Positions 12,101-23,032 of a stretch of DNA of 64,000 nucleotides are shown in pieces. The position numbers were made by a program, and so were the translations under genes. Position 1 is the stretch's first letter, and the number at the start of each line of letters is the position of its first letter. Under the pieces are notes generated by a model. That model saw only the letters and a list, made by a program, of their open reading frames with translations, had not been told where the DNA came from and made no database searches. This DNA is from Bacteroidota bacterium (GTDB lineage Bacteria > Bacteroidota > Bacteroidia > 2-12-FULL-35-15): positions 9,168 to 73,167 of the forward strand of contig JAHEXZ010000019.1 in the NCBI GenBank assembly GCA_023251835.1, written 5' to 3'.

Positions 12101-15100
12101 CGGCATCAAAACTGGCAGAACCAACAACTGTAATATCATGTGAAGTGGCTGTTGCAACAAAGCTGTACCATACATCATCATCGGCTGTACCAGAACATGG
12201 GGCAGCTGATATAGACTGCGTTGCACTCATAACATTTCCGGTAGTTGCACCACCACAGGTAGCACCATATACAGTTAAAGGTGTTGCTCCTGCACAATCA
12301 TCATTAGCAGGAGGAGGTGTAGTTATACAAATAGTAAATGTTGGTGTAGCTGGCGTATAATTACCATATTGATATACACGCACGTAATAAGTTGTTCCAA
12401 TAGTAAGGCCCGTAGCATTTATTACTTCTGTTCCTCCTGAATAGGTAGCATCTGCACAGTTAATATTAGTACCATTACAAGAGCCCGAACGTAAATCTAC
12501 AACAGCATCAAAGCTGGTTGCGCCTACAACTGTGATAGTATGTGCCTCAGCAGTAGCCACAAAGCTATACCATACATCATTAGCACCCGAGCTGGTAAAA
12601 TTGTTACAGCTTATCGGAGCTTCTGATTGTGTAGCACCTGTAACATCACCGGTAGTAGCACCTCCACAGGTTGCTGCATAAACAGTCAAAGCGGTAGCTC
12701 CGGAACATTCATCATTAGCAGGTGGTGGAGGAACAGGTGTTGTTATACATATTGTAAATGTTGTAGTTGAAGGTACGCTCGCATAATAATGGTATACTCT
12801 TACATAATAAGTAGTACCTATAGTAAGGCCGGTAGCATTAAGCACCTCTGTACCTCCACTAAATGTGGCATCTTTACAGCTGATATTTGTTCCATCACAT
12901 GAACCAGAGCGTAAATCAATTACAGCATCAAAGCCTGAAGAACCTACAACTGTTATATCATGGATAGTTGATGTTGCAACAAAACTGTACCATACATCAT
13001 CATCGGCTGTTCCACCGCAACTGGCAGCTAATGACTGAGTTGCACTTATAACATTTCCGGTTGTAGCACCACTACAGGTAGCGCCATATACAGTTAAAGC
13101 AATAGCTCCTGAACAATTATCATTAACAGGAGGAGGAGTAGTTACACAAATGGTAAATGTTGGTGTAGCGGGAGTATAATTACCATATTGATATACACGC
13201 ACGTAATAAGTTGAGCCAACAGTAAGGCCTGTAGCACTTATCACCTCTGTTCCTCCCGAATAGGTGGCATCTGCACAGTTAATATTAGTACCATTACAAG
13301 AGCCGGAACGTAAATCTACAACAGCATCAAAGCTGGTTGCACCTATAACTGTGATGGTATGTATATCAGAGGTAGCTACAAAGCTGTACCAAACATCATT
13401 AGCAGCCGAGCTGGTAAAATTGCCGCAGCTTATTGGAGCTTCTGACTGTGTAGCACCTGTAACATCACCGGTAGTAGCACCTCCACAGGTTGCTCCATAA
13501 ACGGTCAAAGCTGTAGCAGCCGAACACTCATCGTTAGCTGGTGGAGGAGGAATGGGCGTTGTTATACATATTGTAAACGTTGTAGTTGAAGGCACACTGG
13601 ATGACCAGTGATATATTCTTACATAATAAGTGTTGCCTATTGTAAGTCCTGTGGCATTTAAAACTTCTGTTCCTCCGTTGGCAGTTGCATCCTTACAACT
13701 AATGTTAGTACCATTACAAGAACCGGAACGTAAATCTATTACAGCATCAAAACCTGAAGACCCTACAACTGTTATATCATGTGTAGCTGATGTTGCAACA
13801 AAACTGTACCATACATCATCATCAGCAGTACCTGCACAATTTGCAGCCAATGACTGTGAAGCTCCGGCAACATTGCCGGTTGTAGAACTACCACAAGTTG
13901 CTCCATAAACAGTTAAAGGTGTTGCACCTGAACAATTATCATTTGAAGGTGCCGGAGTAGTTATACAAATTGTGAATGTTGTAGTTGTGGGAGTAGAAGC
14001 AAAATAGTGGTACACTCTCAGATAATAAGTATTGCCAGGGGTGAGTCCGGTGGCTGTCATTGTTTCTGTTCCTCCTCCGCCTGTAGCATCAGCACAACTG
14101 ATATTTGTTCCATTGCAGGAGCCGGAGCGAAGGTCGATAACAGCATCAAAATTTGCTGAACCAACAACACTAATCACATGTGAAGCAGCTGTTGCCACAA
14201 AACTATACCAAACATCATCATCAGCTGTACCAGCACAGGTTGCAGCAAGCGATTGTGTAGCACCTGCAACATTTCCTGTAACTGCTCCACCACAAGATGA
14301 GCCATAGACTGTAAGAGGAGTAGCTCCCGAACAATCATCATTAGCAGGAGCAGGAGTTGTTACACATATTGTAAATGTAGTAGTAGCAGGGATGCTAGAA
14401 CTCCAATGATACACTCTTACATAATAGGTGCTTCCTATAGTAAGTCCTGTAGCAGTTAATACTTCTGTGCCCCCATTTGCATTAGCATCCTTACAACTGA
14501 TATTTGTTCCATCGCAGGAACCGGAGCGTAAATCTATCACCGCATCAAAGCTTGCAGAACCTGCCACAGTGATATCATGTGATGAAGATGTTGCAACAAA
14601 GCTATACCAGACATCATCATCTGCAGTACCGGCACAACTTGCCGGTAATGATTGAGTAGCACCCAAAATATTTCCGGTTATCGCACTACTGCATGTAGGA
14701 CCATTTACTGTTAAAGATGTGGCTCCTGAACAATTATCGTTAGCCGGAGGTGGTGTAGTTACACAAATTGTAAATGTAGTTGTTGAAGGAAGAGTACTCC
14801 AATAATGATAAACCCTTACTAAGTAAGTGGCACCAATTGTAAGACCTGTAGCAGTCAGCACTTCGGTACCACCATTATTGGTAGCATCAATACAGCTAAC
14901 ATTTGTGCCGGTACAGGAACCGGAACGGATGTTAACCACAGCATCAAAGTTTGCAGAACCTACCACGGTAATGTTATGTGAAGTAGAACTTGCAACAAAA
15001 CTATACCAAACATCGTCATCGGCTGTACCAGCACATGGAGTTGCTGATATGGATTGTGTTGCACCAGCAACATTACCTGTCACAGTTGCACCACAAGCGC

Positions 15101-15647
15101 TGCCATATACTGTTAAAGGCACTGCACTTGCACAAGCATCATTAGCAGGCGGTGGAGTAGTAATACAAATAGTAAAAGTTGTAGTGGAGGGTACACTTGA
15201 GCCCCAGTGATATGCCCTTATATAATAAGTAGTACCAATAGTAAGTCCGGTTGCATTTATAGTTTCCGTCCCCCCCAGAAAAGTACCATCAGCACAGCTA
15301 ATATTACTTCCACAAGCACCATCAAGCAGCTCAACCACTGCATCAAAACTCGAAGAACCAACTACAGTAATAGTATGAGCGCTTGCTGTTGCAACAAATT
15401 TATACCACACGTCAAGGGAAGACGAACTGGTTGAACTATTACAAGTTATTGGTGACATAGATTGAGTGGCACCGGCAACATCCCCGGTGGTGGATGAACC
15501 ACAGGAAGAGCCATACACAGTGAGGGTGGCAGCATTACCACAATAATCATTAGCAGGTGATTGTGCAAATGCCCAATTCATTCCTGTGATTATAACAGCA
15601 AGACTGAAAAAAGCATTTTTTAATGTACTAGGTAGTTTTGTTTTCAT
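6171..15647 (-). CDS. Giant T9SS-secreted repeat protein (21 Cys-rich ~138-aa PPC-like modules), probable adhesin/surface filament
   Basis: Signal peptide; 21 units PANDxC...DDVWYSF...FDAVxDLRSGxC...GGTE...GLTxGxTYYVRVY...TIC; C-terminal IYPNPF...GMYFYKL...GKFSIQ T9SS type-A domain. Confidence 0.9.
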   Translation of the reverse strand: MKTKLPSTLKNAFFSLAVIITGMNWAFAQSPANDYCGNAATLTVYGSSCGSSTTGDVAGATQSMSPITCNSSTSSSSLDVWYKFVATASAHTITVVGSSSFDAVVELLDGACGSNISCADGTFLGGTETINATGLTIGTTYYIRAYHWGSSVPSTTTFTICITTPPPANDACASAVPLTVYGSACGATVTGNVAGATQSISATPCAGTADDDVWYSFVASSTSHNITVVGSANFDAVVNIRSGSCTGTNVSCIDATNNGGTEVLTATGLTIGATYLVRVYHYWSTLPSTTTFTICVTTPPPANDNCSGATSLTVNGPTCSSAITGNILGATQSLPASCAGTADDDVWYSFVATSSSHDITVAGSASFDAVIDLRSGSCDGTNISCKDANANGGTEVLTATGLTIGSTYYVRVYHWSSSIPATTTFTICVTTPAPANDDCSGATPLTVYGSSCGGAVTGNVAGATQSLAATCAGTADDDVWYSFVATAASHVISVVGSANFDAVIDLRSGSCNGTNISCADATGGGGTETMTATGLTPGNTYYLRVYHYFASTPTTTTFTICITTPAPSNDNCSGATPLTVYGATCGSSTTGNVAGASQSLAANCAGTADDDVWYSFVATSATHDITVVGSSGFDAVIDLRSGSCNGTNISCKDATANGGTEVLNATGLTIGNTYYVRIYHWSSSVPSTTTFTICITTPIPPPPANDECSAATALTVYGATCGGATTGDVTGATQSEAPISCGNFTSSAANDVWYSFVATSDIHTITVIGATSFDAVVDLRSGSCNGTNINCADATYSGGTEVISATGLTVGSTYYVRVYQYGNYTPATPTFTICVTTPPPVNDNCSGAIALTVYGATCSGATTGNVISATQSLAASCGGTADDDVWYSFVATSTIHDITVVGSSGFDAVIDLRSGSCDGTNISCKDATFSGGTEVLNATGLTIGTTYYVRVYHYYASVPSTTTFTICITTPVPPPPANDECSGATALTVYAATCGGATTGDVTGATQSEAPISCNNFTSSGANDVWYSFVATAEAHTITVVGATSFDAVVDLRSGSCNGTNINCADATYSGGTEVINATGLTIGTTYYVRVYQYGNYTPATPTFTICITTPPPANDDCAGATPLTVYGATCGGATTGNVMSATQSISAAPCSGTADDDVWYSFVATATSHDITVVGSASFDAVIDLRSGSCNGTNMSCRDTSYSGGTEVLHATGLTIGTTYYVRVYHWYSSVPSTTTFTICITTPVPPPPANNECSGATALTVYGATCGGATTGDVTGATQSLPGITCNSFSGTADDDVWYSFVATSGSHTITVIGSSGFDAVVDLRSGSCTGTNINCADATTGGGTEVVNATGLVPGSTYYVRVYHYSSSMPSTTTFTICVTTPPPANDECANATPLTVYGVTCGATTAGSVGGATQSISAAPCVGTANDDVWYSFVATATSHIVTVTGSASFDAVIDLRSGSCNGTNLSCMDATGMAGTETLTATGLTIGNTYYVRVYHYYSGLASTITFDICITTPAPPTPSNDNCSGATSLTVYGTSCGGATTGNVASATQSIPGLLCNGLTGTANDDVWYSFVATATSHNITVVGSSNFDAVVDLRTGACDGTNINCADATAIGGTEAVIATGLTIGNTYYVRVYDYGSSVPSTTTFTICVTTPTTPPPANNNCSNATVLTVYGATCGGATTGDVAGATQSITAITCNGSTGTANDDVWYKFVATATSHDVTVQGSASFNAVVDMHSTSCSGPNVGCADSTGNGGKEVIHATGLTIGTTYYVRVYDYGTGYPATTTFNICVTTPTIPPPANDDCSAATALTVYGATCGSAIAGNVTGATQSIAAAPCTGTANDDVWYSFVATAAIHDITIVGSTGFNAVVDLRSGACTGTNITCEDATSTGGTEVMHATGLTIGTTYYVRVYDFGSTVPSTTTFTICVTTPPPPTPSNDNCANATALTVYGVTCGGATTGDVAGATQSITAITCNSWTGTANDDVWYSFVATSTTHDITVVGSTSFDAVIDLRSGACNGNNIDCADATFSGGTEIINATGLTIGNTYYVRVYHYSSSVPATTTFTICVTTPNPSVPANDDCAGATALTVYGATCGGTTTGNVAGATQSIVAAPCAGTANDDVWYSFVATSTTHDITVVGSTGFNAVVDLRSGACTGTNITCEDSTLTGGTEVLNATGLTIGNTYYVRVYDYDSIAPSTTTFTICVTTPPPPPPSNDNCANATALTVYGATCGGATTGNVAGATQSIAAITCNNWTGTANDDVWYSFVATSTTHDITVVGSTSFDAVIDLRSGACSGTNIDCADATFGGGTEIINAAGLTVGNTYYVRVYHYSSSVPATTTFTICVTTPNPSTPANDSCSGATALTVYGPTCGGATNGTVGGATQSAPPITCNGSTGGSEDDVWYTFVATATSHDVTVVGSTNLNAVVELLSGSCPGTNVSCADSTLAGGTEVIHSTGLTIGNTYYVRVYDHDTVAPVTTSFTICVTTPSTSIPSNDDCGNAASLTVYGATCGGATSGDVSGATQSIAPITCNGITGTSAADVWYSFVATGTSHDITVVGSDSLNAVIDLRSGACNGTNINCANSTLAGGTEVVNATGLTAGTTYYVRVYHYGTSAPATTTFTICVTTPSSNNGPANDNCSGAVSLNVYGATCGGATAGDVAGATQSIPAITCGGSTGTADDDVWYSFTATDTTHIVTVAGSTGFDAVIDLRSGACDGTNINCADGTFTGGTEVLNATGLTIGTTYYVRVYHYSSSVPSTTTFTICVTTPGPPPPAPANDDCAGAVTLTVYGATCGGTVTGDVAGATQTMPATCGGTANDDIWYKFVATASTHKITVDGSSSFDAVVELLSGACNGTNVSCADTSYSGGTEVLTAPNLVVGDTYYVRVYHYGSSVPATTTFNICVTTPCMPPNTMVTPASTTICAGNSADLMASGANSYSWAPSAGLNTTTGPSVTANPTTTTTYTVTGTSNGCSSTQVTTVAVAPAATATITQLENLLTSTPGASYQWYLNGILIPGATSQSYLATQNGNYTVVVTNSSGCTATSPPFPIISFLGIDKLGNGGHTVIIYPNPFSTSATLQINGTIGNGQVTMIIYDMLGKEIKKVALAPSSQNGATQGGMMFTIDRNDLSNGMYFYKLTNKEEMIGSGKFSIQ

Positions 15648-15739
15648 GAAAAATTAAAATTTATGAGTTTAGACTGCTTTTTTTATGTTGACCTTTATTT
15701 TTAACATGACTTCAATTCCTTTTTGAAAGGAACGGGTGG

Positions 15740-15771
15740 CAAAAGTAGTTAAAAATTGTGAATTTAACAAA
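15740..15771 (-). promoter_or_regulatory. Bacteroidota primary-sigma promoter for the giant repeat protein
   Basis: Minus strand TTTG-N20-TACTTTTG matches TTTG-N19-21-TAnnTTTG. Confidence 0.6.
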
Positions 15772-15861
15772 GATTGGTCAAATTCTGATGATTTTAACCC
15801 AATAATTTGGATAATTATTATAGTTCAACCAATTGATTTTGTGATATTTACAAAAAAAAAT

Positions 15862-16818
15862 TCAATTGGCATTGGTTTCGTATATCTCAACAATTTTCTT
15901 TACAAGTTTATGCCGTATCACATCATTTCCATCCAGCTGAATAAATTCGATACCGTTTATACCATTTAACAGCTTCATAGCCTGAATTAGTCCTGATGGC
16001 TGATGCTTAGGCAAATCAATTTGTGTAATATCGCCCGTAATTAAAAATTTAGCGGATGAGCCCATACGTGTTAAAAACATTTTTAACTGACCCTGAGTAG
16101 CATTTTGAGCTTCATCCAGAATAACAAAAGCATTATCTAAAGTACGTCCTCTCATAAAAGCGAGTGGTGCAATCTGTATAATCCTGTTTTCAATATAATA
16201 AGAAAGTTTTTCCGGTGCAATCATATCATCCAGCGCATCATAAAGGGGTTGCAGGTATGGGTCTAACTTTTCTTTTAATGCACCAGGTAAAAAACCAAGA
16301 TTTTCTCCTGCCTCTACTGCAGGACGTGTAAGTATGATTTTTTTCACTTCTTTATTTTTTAAAGCCCTTACAGCTAAAGCAACTGCGGTATATGTTTTGC
16401 CGGTTCCCGCAGGACCAATGGCAAATACCATATCATTTTTTTTTATGCTTTCTACTATTCTGCGCTGATTTGGAGTGCGTGCCTTAATAATAAGGCCGCT
16501 ATTGCCAAATACCAGAATATCATCACTTTCCGCAACTGCTTCACTACCGTTGTTCCGGCTGTTAGTATTTTTACCTAAAATTTGTTCTATTGCGTTCTCT
16601 GTTAAATTTCCATAGCGGTTAAAATATGCAGTAAGAACATTCACCACCATCTCCAGCTGGTTTATATCTTCTGCTTCGCCCGTAGCTTTAATAACTTCAC
16701 CACGTGCAACAATTTTCAGATTTGGAAAACGTTTTTTTATTAAACCCAGCTTCGAATCATTAACCCCGTATAAATCAATAGGAGCAATATCTTCCAATAC
16801 TATTTTTTTTTCGCTCAT
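15862..16818 (-). CDS. phoH: PhoH family ATPase
   Basis: GPAGTGKT Walker A, LTRPAVEAGENLGFLPG, APLAFMRGRTL, ILDEAQN. Confidence 0.96.
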   Translation of the reverse strand: MSEKKIVLEDIAPIDLYGVNDSKLGLIKKRFPNLKIVARGEVIKATGEAEDINQLEMVVNVLTAYFNRYGNLTENAIEQILGKNTNSRNNGSEAVAESDDILVFGNSGLIIKARTPNQRRIVESIKKNDMVFAIGPAGTGKTYTAVALAVRALKNKEVKKIILTRPAVEAGENLGFLPGALKEKLDPYLQPLYDALDDMIAPEKLSYYIENRIIQIAPLAFMRGRTLDNAFVILDEAQNATQGQLKMFLTRMGSSAKFLITGDITQIDLPKHQPSGLIQAMKLLNGINGIEFIQLDGNDVIRHKLVKKIVEIYETNAN

Positions 16819-16854
16819 TAATCCTTAATTGATGTCTTAAGTTTCCGATTTTAA

Positions 16855-16911
16855 GTTATACTTCGGCTGAATGAGTTTGAAAAACTTACAAACTCATTCG
16901 CTCAGTATATA
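16855..16911. repeat. ~57-bp palindromic repeat element, copy 1
   Basis: tatacttcggctgaatgagtttg...caaactcattcgctcagtata; near-identical copy at 44598-44655. Confidence 0.75.
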
Positions 16912-17072
16912 AAAACCCTTGCCAAATCTCATACCTTAAACCCCGAACCTGAAACTTGAAACTTGAAACTCTTTTAAACTTTAAACTTTTTATTACTATT
17001 CAAGCACGAAAATAATATATTTTTGCAGATGAAACGTATAAAGCATACAGAGTAATACAAATTACTAACGAA

Positions 17073-17846
17073 ATGGCAATTATAACACTTACTACAGATT
17101 TTGGATTAAAAGATCATTATGTGGGTGCTGTTAAAGGAGCTATCTTAAAGCAATTGCCGGATGTTACAATTGCTGATATTTCACACCAGATAGAAAAATT
17201 TAATATTCAGGATGCTGCATTTATCCTTAAAGAAGCATACTCAAATTTTCCGGAAAAAACAGTTCATATCATAGGTTTGCTCACAGAGCGGCAAAATACA
17301 GGGGGTTATGTTGCAGTTGAACATAAAGGTCATTTCTTTATCAGTGCTGATAATGGAATTTATTCGTTACTATTTGACGAATTTCCTGAAAAAGTCATAG
17401 AAATACCAGCTGATAGCATTATCAATTTGAGCTTTCCTGTTCGTGATATATTTGTAAAAACAGCATGTTTGCTTGCCAATGGAATTGATATAAAATCTCT
17501 TGGAAAACCAAAAGAAAACCTATTGCAGCGTCTCCCTTTCCGTGCTACCTCAATGGGTAATATTATCAGGGGATCAGTTGTATTTGTTGACTCTTATGGC
17601 AATGTAATAACTAATATTGACCGTATTTTATTTGACCAGGTTGGAAAGAAGTTACCATTTGTTATTGAATTAGCCCGTAGTAACCAAATAGATAAAATAA
17701 GCCAGGAATATAATTCAGTTCCTGAAGGAGAGATTCTTGCACTATTTAATGCATCCGGCCAGCTCGAAATTGCAATGCGTAATGGTAAAGTAAGCAGTAT
17801 GCTCAACCTGAAGTTAAATGATTCCATAACCATTCGTTTTCAATGA
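17073..17846 (+). CDS. SAM hydrolase / SAM-dependent halogenase family protein (DUF62)
   Basis: IITLTTDFG...YVGAVKG, DISH, FISADNG, VDSYGNVITN, LFNASGQLEIA. Confidence 0.92.
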   Translation: MAIITLTTDFGLKDHYVGAVKGAILKQLPDVTIADISHQIEKFNIQDAAFILKEAYSNFPEKTVHIIGLLTERQNTGGYVAVEHKGHFFISADNGIYSLLFDEFPEKVIEIPADSIINLSFPVRDIFVKTACLLANGIDIKSLGKPKENLLQRLPFRATSMGNIIRGSVVFVDSYGNVITNIDRILFDQVGKKLPFVIELARSNQIDKISQEYNSVPEGEILALFNASGQLEIAMRNGKVSSMLNLKLNDSITIRFQ

Positions 17847-18127
17847 TTGTACGTATAGTAAAAATGACATTTAAGCCGGAAAAAGTAGCTGATTTTCTGA
17901 AAGTATTCAATGCATCCAAACAGTATATTCTTGCTATAGAGGGCTGCTTGTCTCTCGAATTACTGAATGATATTTACTCAACCAATGTATTTTTTACATA
18001 CAGCCGTTGGAGGAGTGAAGAATACCTGAACAATTACCGTAATTCCGAGCTGTTTGGAAATGTTTGGGGGAAAACCAAAGTGCTATTTGAGAAAAAAGCA
18101 GAAGCATGGAGCCTGAGACCACAATAA
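17843..18127 (+). CDS. Antibiotic biosynthesis monooxygenase (ABM) family protein
   Basis: MIVRIVKMTF...GCLSLEL...FFTYSRW...YR.SELF; 4-bp overlap with the upstream gene. Confidence 0.85.
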   Translation: MIVRIVKMTFKPEKVADFLKVFNASKQYILAIEGCLSLELLNDIYSTNVFFTYSRWRSEEYLNNYRNSELFGNVWGKTKVLFEKKAEAWSLRPQ

Positions 18128-18146
18128 ACAAACGTGTTCAGGAATT

Positions 18147-19742
18147 TTATGGTTTATAGGTAATAAATTGAAATCCATTTTGGACTCTGGTTCCGCTCCA
18201 ATTATATATTGTAACCAAAAGATTTCCTGATCCATCATCGGATATTGAAATTTTAACATTACCATTTTCTGGAGGGCCGTCATTCTTGGGTGTCACCAAA
18301 GTAATATAATTTGAAGTAACATAAGCTTCGCCTGTTATTGTAATTTTATACCTATTGTTTGGATTACCTTCCCAAACAACAGTAAAATTACCTGTACCAC
18401 TTGTGGTGCTGTCACTGTCGGCAACATTACCATAAGCAATAGGTACCAGATTTGCGCTTCCTGTTTGCGTTCTGTTTAATTCGTTTGAATTACTTCCACT
18501 AATACTGATTGTACCATTTACATCCAGCCTGGAACCGGGGTTTGTTGTATTTATTCCAACATCTCCATTCTGTCCAATACGCATTCGCTCAGAACCATAT
18601 ATCATTCCGTTGGGAGTAGTCATAAATCGCAGATATGAGCCATTGGCGCCTGGGGTAAAATCTTCGGAGGCGATGGCTCCTATTTCTGTTTGATCACTTG
18701 AATGAAAGCCATTACTACTATCCCAACCCCTGAATTTAATAAAGCCGAGTTCGTCTCCCACCTCAACAGCTGAAGGTGAATTTTCGGTACCTCTTGCTTT
18801 TCTTAACCATATCTGTGCATCTGCAAAGCTATTACTAGAATATTCTGTAGAAATAATACCATGTGGAGAATTTGTACTGTTACTTATAACCTCTAATTCC
18901 CCATCAGGAGTGGCAGTTCCAACTCCCACATTCCCTGTGTTATTATTGTAAATATCATTACCGGAAGCTGTCCAAACACTGTTAAGAGTTGTGCCTAATA
19001 AACTTAATCCATTGCCCGGAGTGAAAGGTGTTGTTGTTGCCGGTAATTCCCAGTATGCTAATCCTGACGCATCTGAAGTTAGCACTTTACCCAATCCTGG
19101 AGTACCTCCCGTAATTTTAACCTGACCAGCAACTTCAAATAAAGCAGCCGGGGTTAAAGTTCCAACACCAACACGTCCCAGAGAATCAATAATCATTCTG
19201 TTAATATTAGAAGTTTTAAACTGTAAGGAGCTGTTATTTGTTGTTCCCAAAAAATGTGTTGAATTGGTTGAATTTCCCTCCAGTGCCCAATTATAAGCAC
19301 TTAACAAAGCTGTTTTTGAATGTAATGCATAAGGCACACTTACCATTTGGGTTCTGGGCATTGAAATGAAGCCGTTTCCACCAGAGTCAATACTTACTTC
19401 AAGGAATTTAGAACCGGCAGCCCAGTTTATTGAATCAAACCCTGCGGCATAGGCACTTCCGATGACTAATGTAAATAGTCCATAACGGTTAGTACTCACT
19501 GAATCATGTGTTTCCTCAAACATCGGGTTTCCTACACCTGTAGTAATAGTATCAAAAATACTGAATTTTACTTTTAAGTTATTGCAATACCCCATTGGAT
19601 TTCCTGTAGTATCACGTGCTATTGCCTGGTAATTAATTCCTCCGGGAGGAGCAATTGTTTGCGCGTAAAATGGTGTACTTAAAAACAGAAAAGTATATAT
19701 ACAGATAATTTTTAACAGATAACAGAAAGATGGTTGCTGCAT
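18147..19742 (-). CDS. Secreted tail-fibre-like protein (GNVGIGT repeats)
   Basis: Signal peptide; GINYQAIARD...GLFTLVIG...MVSVPYALHS N-domain; GRVGVGT/GNVGVGT/GDVGINT repeats; ATG at 19742 preferred over ORF-track start 19787. Confidence 0.72.
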   Translation of the reverse strand: MQQPSFCYLLKIICIYTFLFLSTPFYAQTIAPPGGINYQAIARDTTGNPMGYCNNLKVKFSIFDTITTGVGNPMFEETHDSVSTNRYGLFTLVIGSAYAAGFDSINWAAGSKFLEVSIDSGGNGFISMPRTQMVSVPYALHSKTALLSAYNWALEGNSTNSTHFLGTTNNSSLQFKTSNINRMIIDSLGRVGVGTLTPAALFEVAGQVKITGGTPGLGKVLTSDASGLAYWELPATTTPFTPGNGLSLLGTTLNSVWTASGNDIYNNNTGNVGVGTATPDGELEVISNSTNSPHGIISTEYSSNSFADAQIWLRKARGTENSPSAVEVGDELGFIKFRGWDSSNGFHSSDQTEIGAIASEDFTPGANGSYLRFMTTPNGMIYGSERMRIGQNGDVGINTTNPGSRLDVNGTISISGSNSNELNRTQTGSANLVPIAYGNVADSDSTTSGTGNFTVVWEGNPNNRYKITITGEAYVTSNYITLVTPKNDGPPENGNVKISISDDGSGNLLVTIYNWSGTRVQNGFQFITYKP

Positions 19743-19920
19743 AATGTACCGCTTTATTTCAAAACTAAAATTCCTGATACTTAACAAAAAAAATCTGCCT
19801 CTATTTTAGATTTGACGGGAATAAATATAAACAATTTTTGAAAGATTTCAAATTGTTGGATTAGAATTAAACGCAATTCGTTCTGCTAAAGAAACTGTTC
19901 TCCGAGTCTAATGGATAATA

Positions 19921-21885
<1,965 letters not shown>

Positions 21886-21954
21886 AGTTGTGTAGAATAA
21901 TGAATTGATTGCATTAAAAATAGATTTTTTTTGATTTCGACAATTTTCAACTTA

Positions 21955-22925
21955 TTCCCAAAACTCGCAAAGGAATAAAACAAAGCCCCTCAAGCTGTTG
22001 ATAAAACAATGCTTGATGGTTTTGTTTGTATCACCCAAAAGGTGAATATAGTGGTTGCAAAATCAACTATATGGACAAAGTTATACAATCTTCTAAAAAC
22101 AGCACTCCTTATGGCGGATTAAATTTTATCTGCCATGCTATGAACCGCGTTGGGTTTGATAAATTTCTTAATGATCATCTTGGCTCTCGGAGCATTTATG
22201 CTCACTATTCTAATGCTGATTCCGTCAGAATTGTGCGCAGATTCAATCCTGGAAAACTATTGAAATCAACGGTGAAACCAAAGAAGCAGCAAGCATCGAA
22301 TATCAACCTGCTATGTGCAAAAAAGAATATCGCATCATAGTAACCAGGAATAAAAGAAAAGACAGGCAAATAGATTTGTTATCGGGCAGTGCTTACACTT
22401 ATCAGGGTATCATCACCAACAATAACGTGATGAGCGAAAAAGAAGTGATTGAATTTTACAATCAGCGGGGAGGTGCCGAAAACTCAAACAGGTATATGCT
22501 TAACGATTTTAATTTACACCAGTTGCCTTTTATGGATATGGACACCAATACTGTGTATATGTACCTGATGGCAATGTATGCAACTTTATTTGAGTGGATG
22601 AAAGAGCTGTTGGTGAAAAACAAAACGGAAGGAATCACCCTAAAAATGAAGGTAAAAGCTGTTTGTTTTAATTACATCACTGTAGCAAGCACATTTATTT
22701 ATCATGCCAGACAAAAAATACTCAACGTGTTTTCCTCTCAAAATTATCCCCCGCTTAGAATATAGCACCCCCATTTACTGGAATAAACTTTAAACCCCCT
22801 CTGGGGGAAAGGGGGAGGAGTGTTGGACACGCTGAAAATTCAATGATTTTCGACCCATAATAACATATGGTTGCATCATTTTTCTTTAGCTTTACTCCAA
22901 ATAATGCGGTTGCGACTTTTGGGAA
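21955..22925 (+). mobile_element. Internally deleted IS1380-family element
   Basis: 16-bp terminal inverted repeats ttcccaaaactcgcaa (21955-21970) and ttgcgacttttgggaa (22910-22925), one mismatch, enclosing transposase remnants. Confidence 0.82.
22071..22765 (+). pseudogene. IS1380-family transposase pseudogene (central deletion with frame change near 22222)
   Basis: N-terminal TPYGGL...LGSR...YSNAD joined out of frame to C-terminal WKTIEING...YRIIV...IITN...VIEFYNQRGGAE...NDF..LPF. Confidence 0.82.
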
Positions 22926-22935
22926 ACAAATTAAA

Positions 22936-22967
22936 TTTGTTTTTTAAAAAAACAATTAGTACGTTTG
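22936..22967 (+). promoter_or_regulatory. Primary-sigma promoter of the tssB-tssC-hcp operon
   Basis: TTTG(22936)-N20-TACGTTTG(22960), 65 bp upstream of the tssB ATG. Confidence 0.7.
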
Positions 22968-23032
22968 CAACAGAACTGTAAGAACTGTACCTTTTTTATT
23001 TTTTAATACTAACTCTCTAAAAAGAAAAACTT

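Noticed and set aside
6393-15434. Many similar 60-130 aa plus-strand ORFs that look like a gene family
   Set aside because: Antisense shadows of the repeats in the 3158-aa gene
6900-15560. Regularly spaced nucleotide repeats suggesting a CRISPR array or DGR template
   Set aside because: The ~410-bp period matches protein modules with synonymous divergence; no short identical repeats with unique spacers, no cas gene and no reverse transcriptase
16935-16990. aaacttg/aaacttt heptamer run
   Set aside because: Short degenerate intergenic heptamer repeat of a type common in this phylum; no specific function supportable
17073-18127. Halogenase/antibiotic biosynthesis cluster
   Set aside because: DUF62 plus ABM beside phoH is an ordinary Bacteroidota arrangement; no biosynthetic genes nearby
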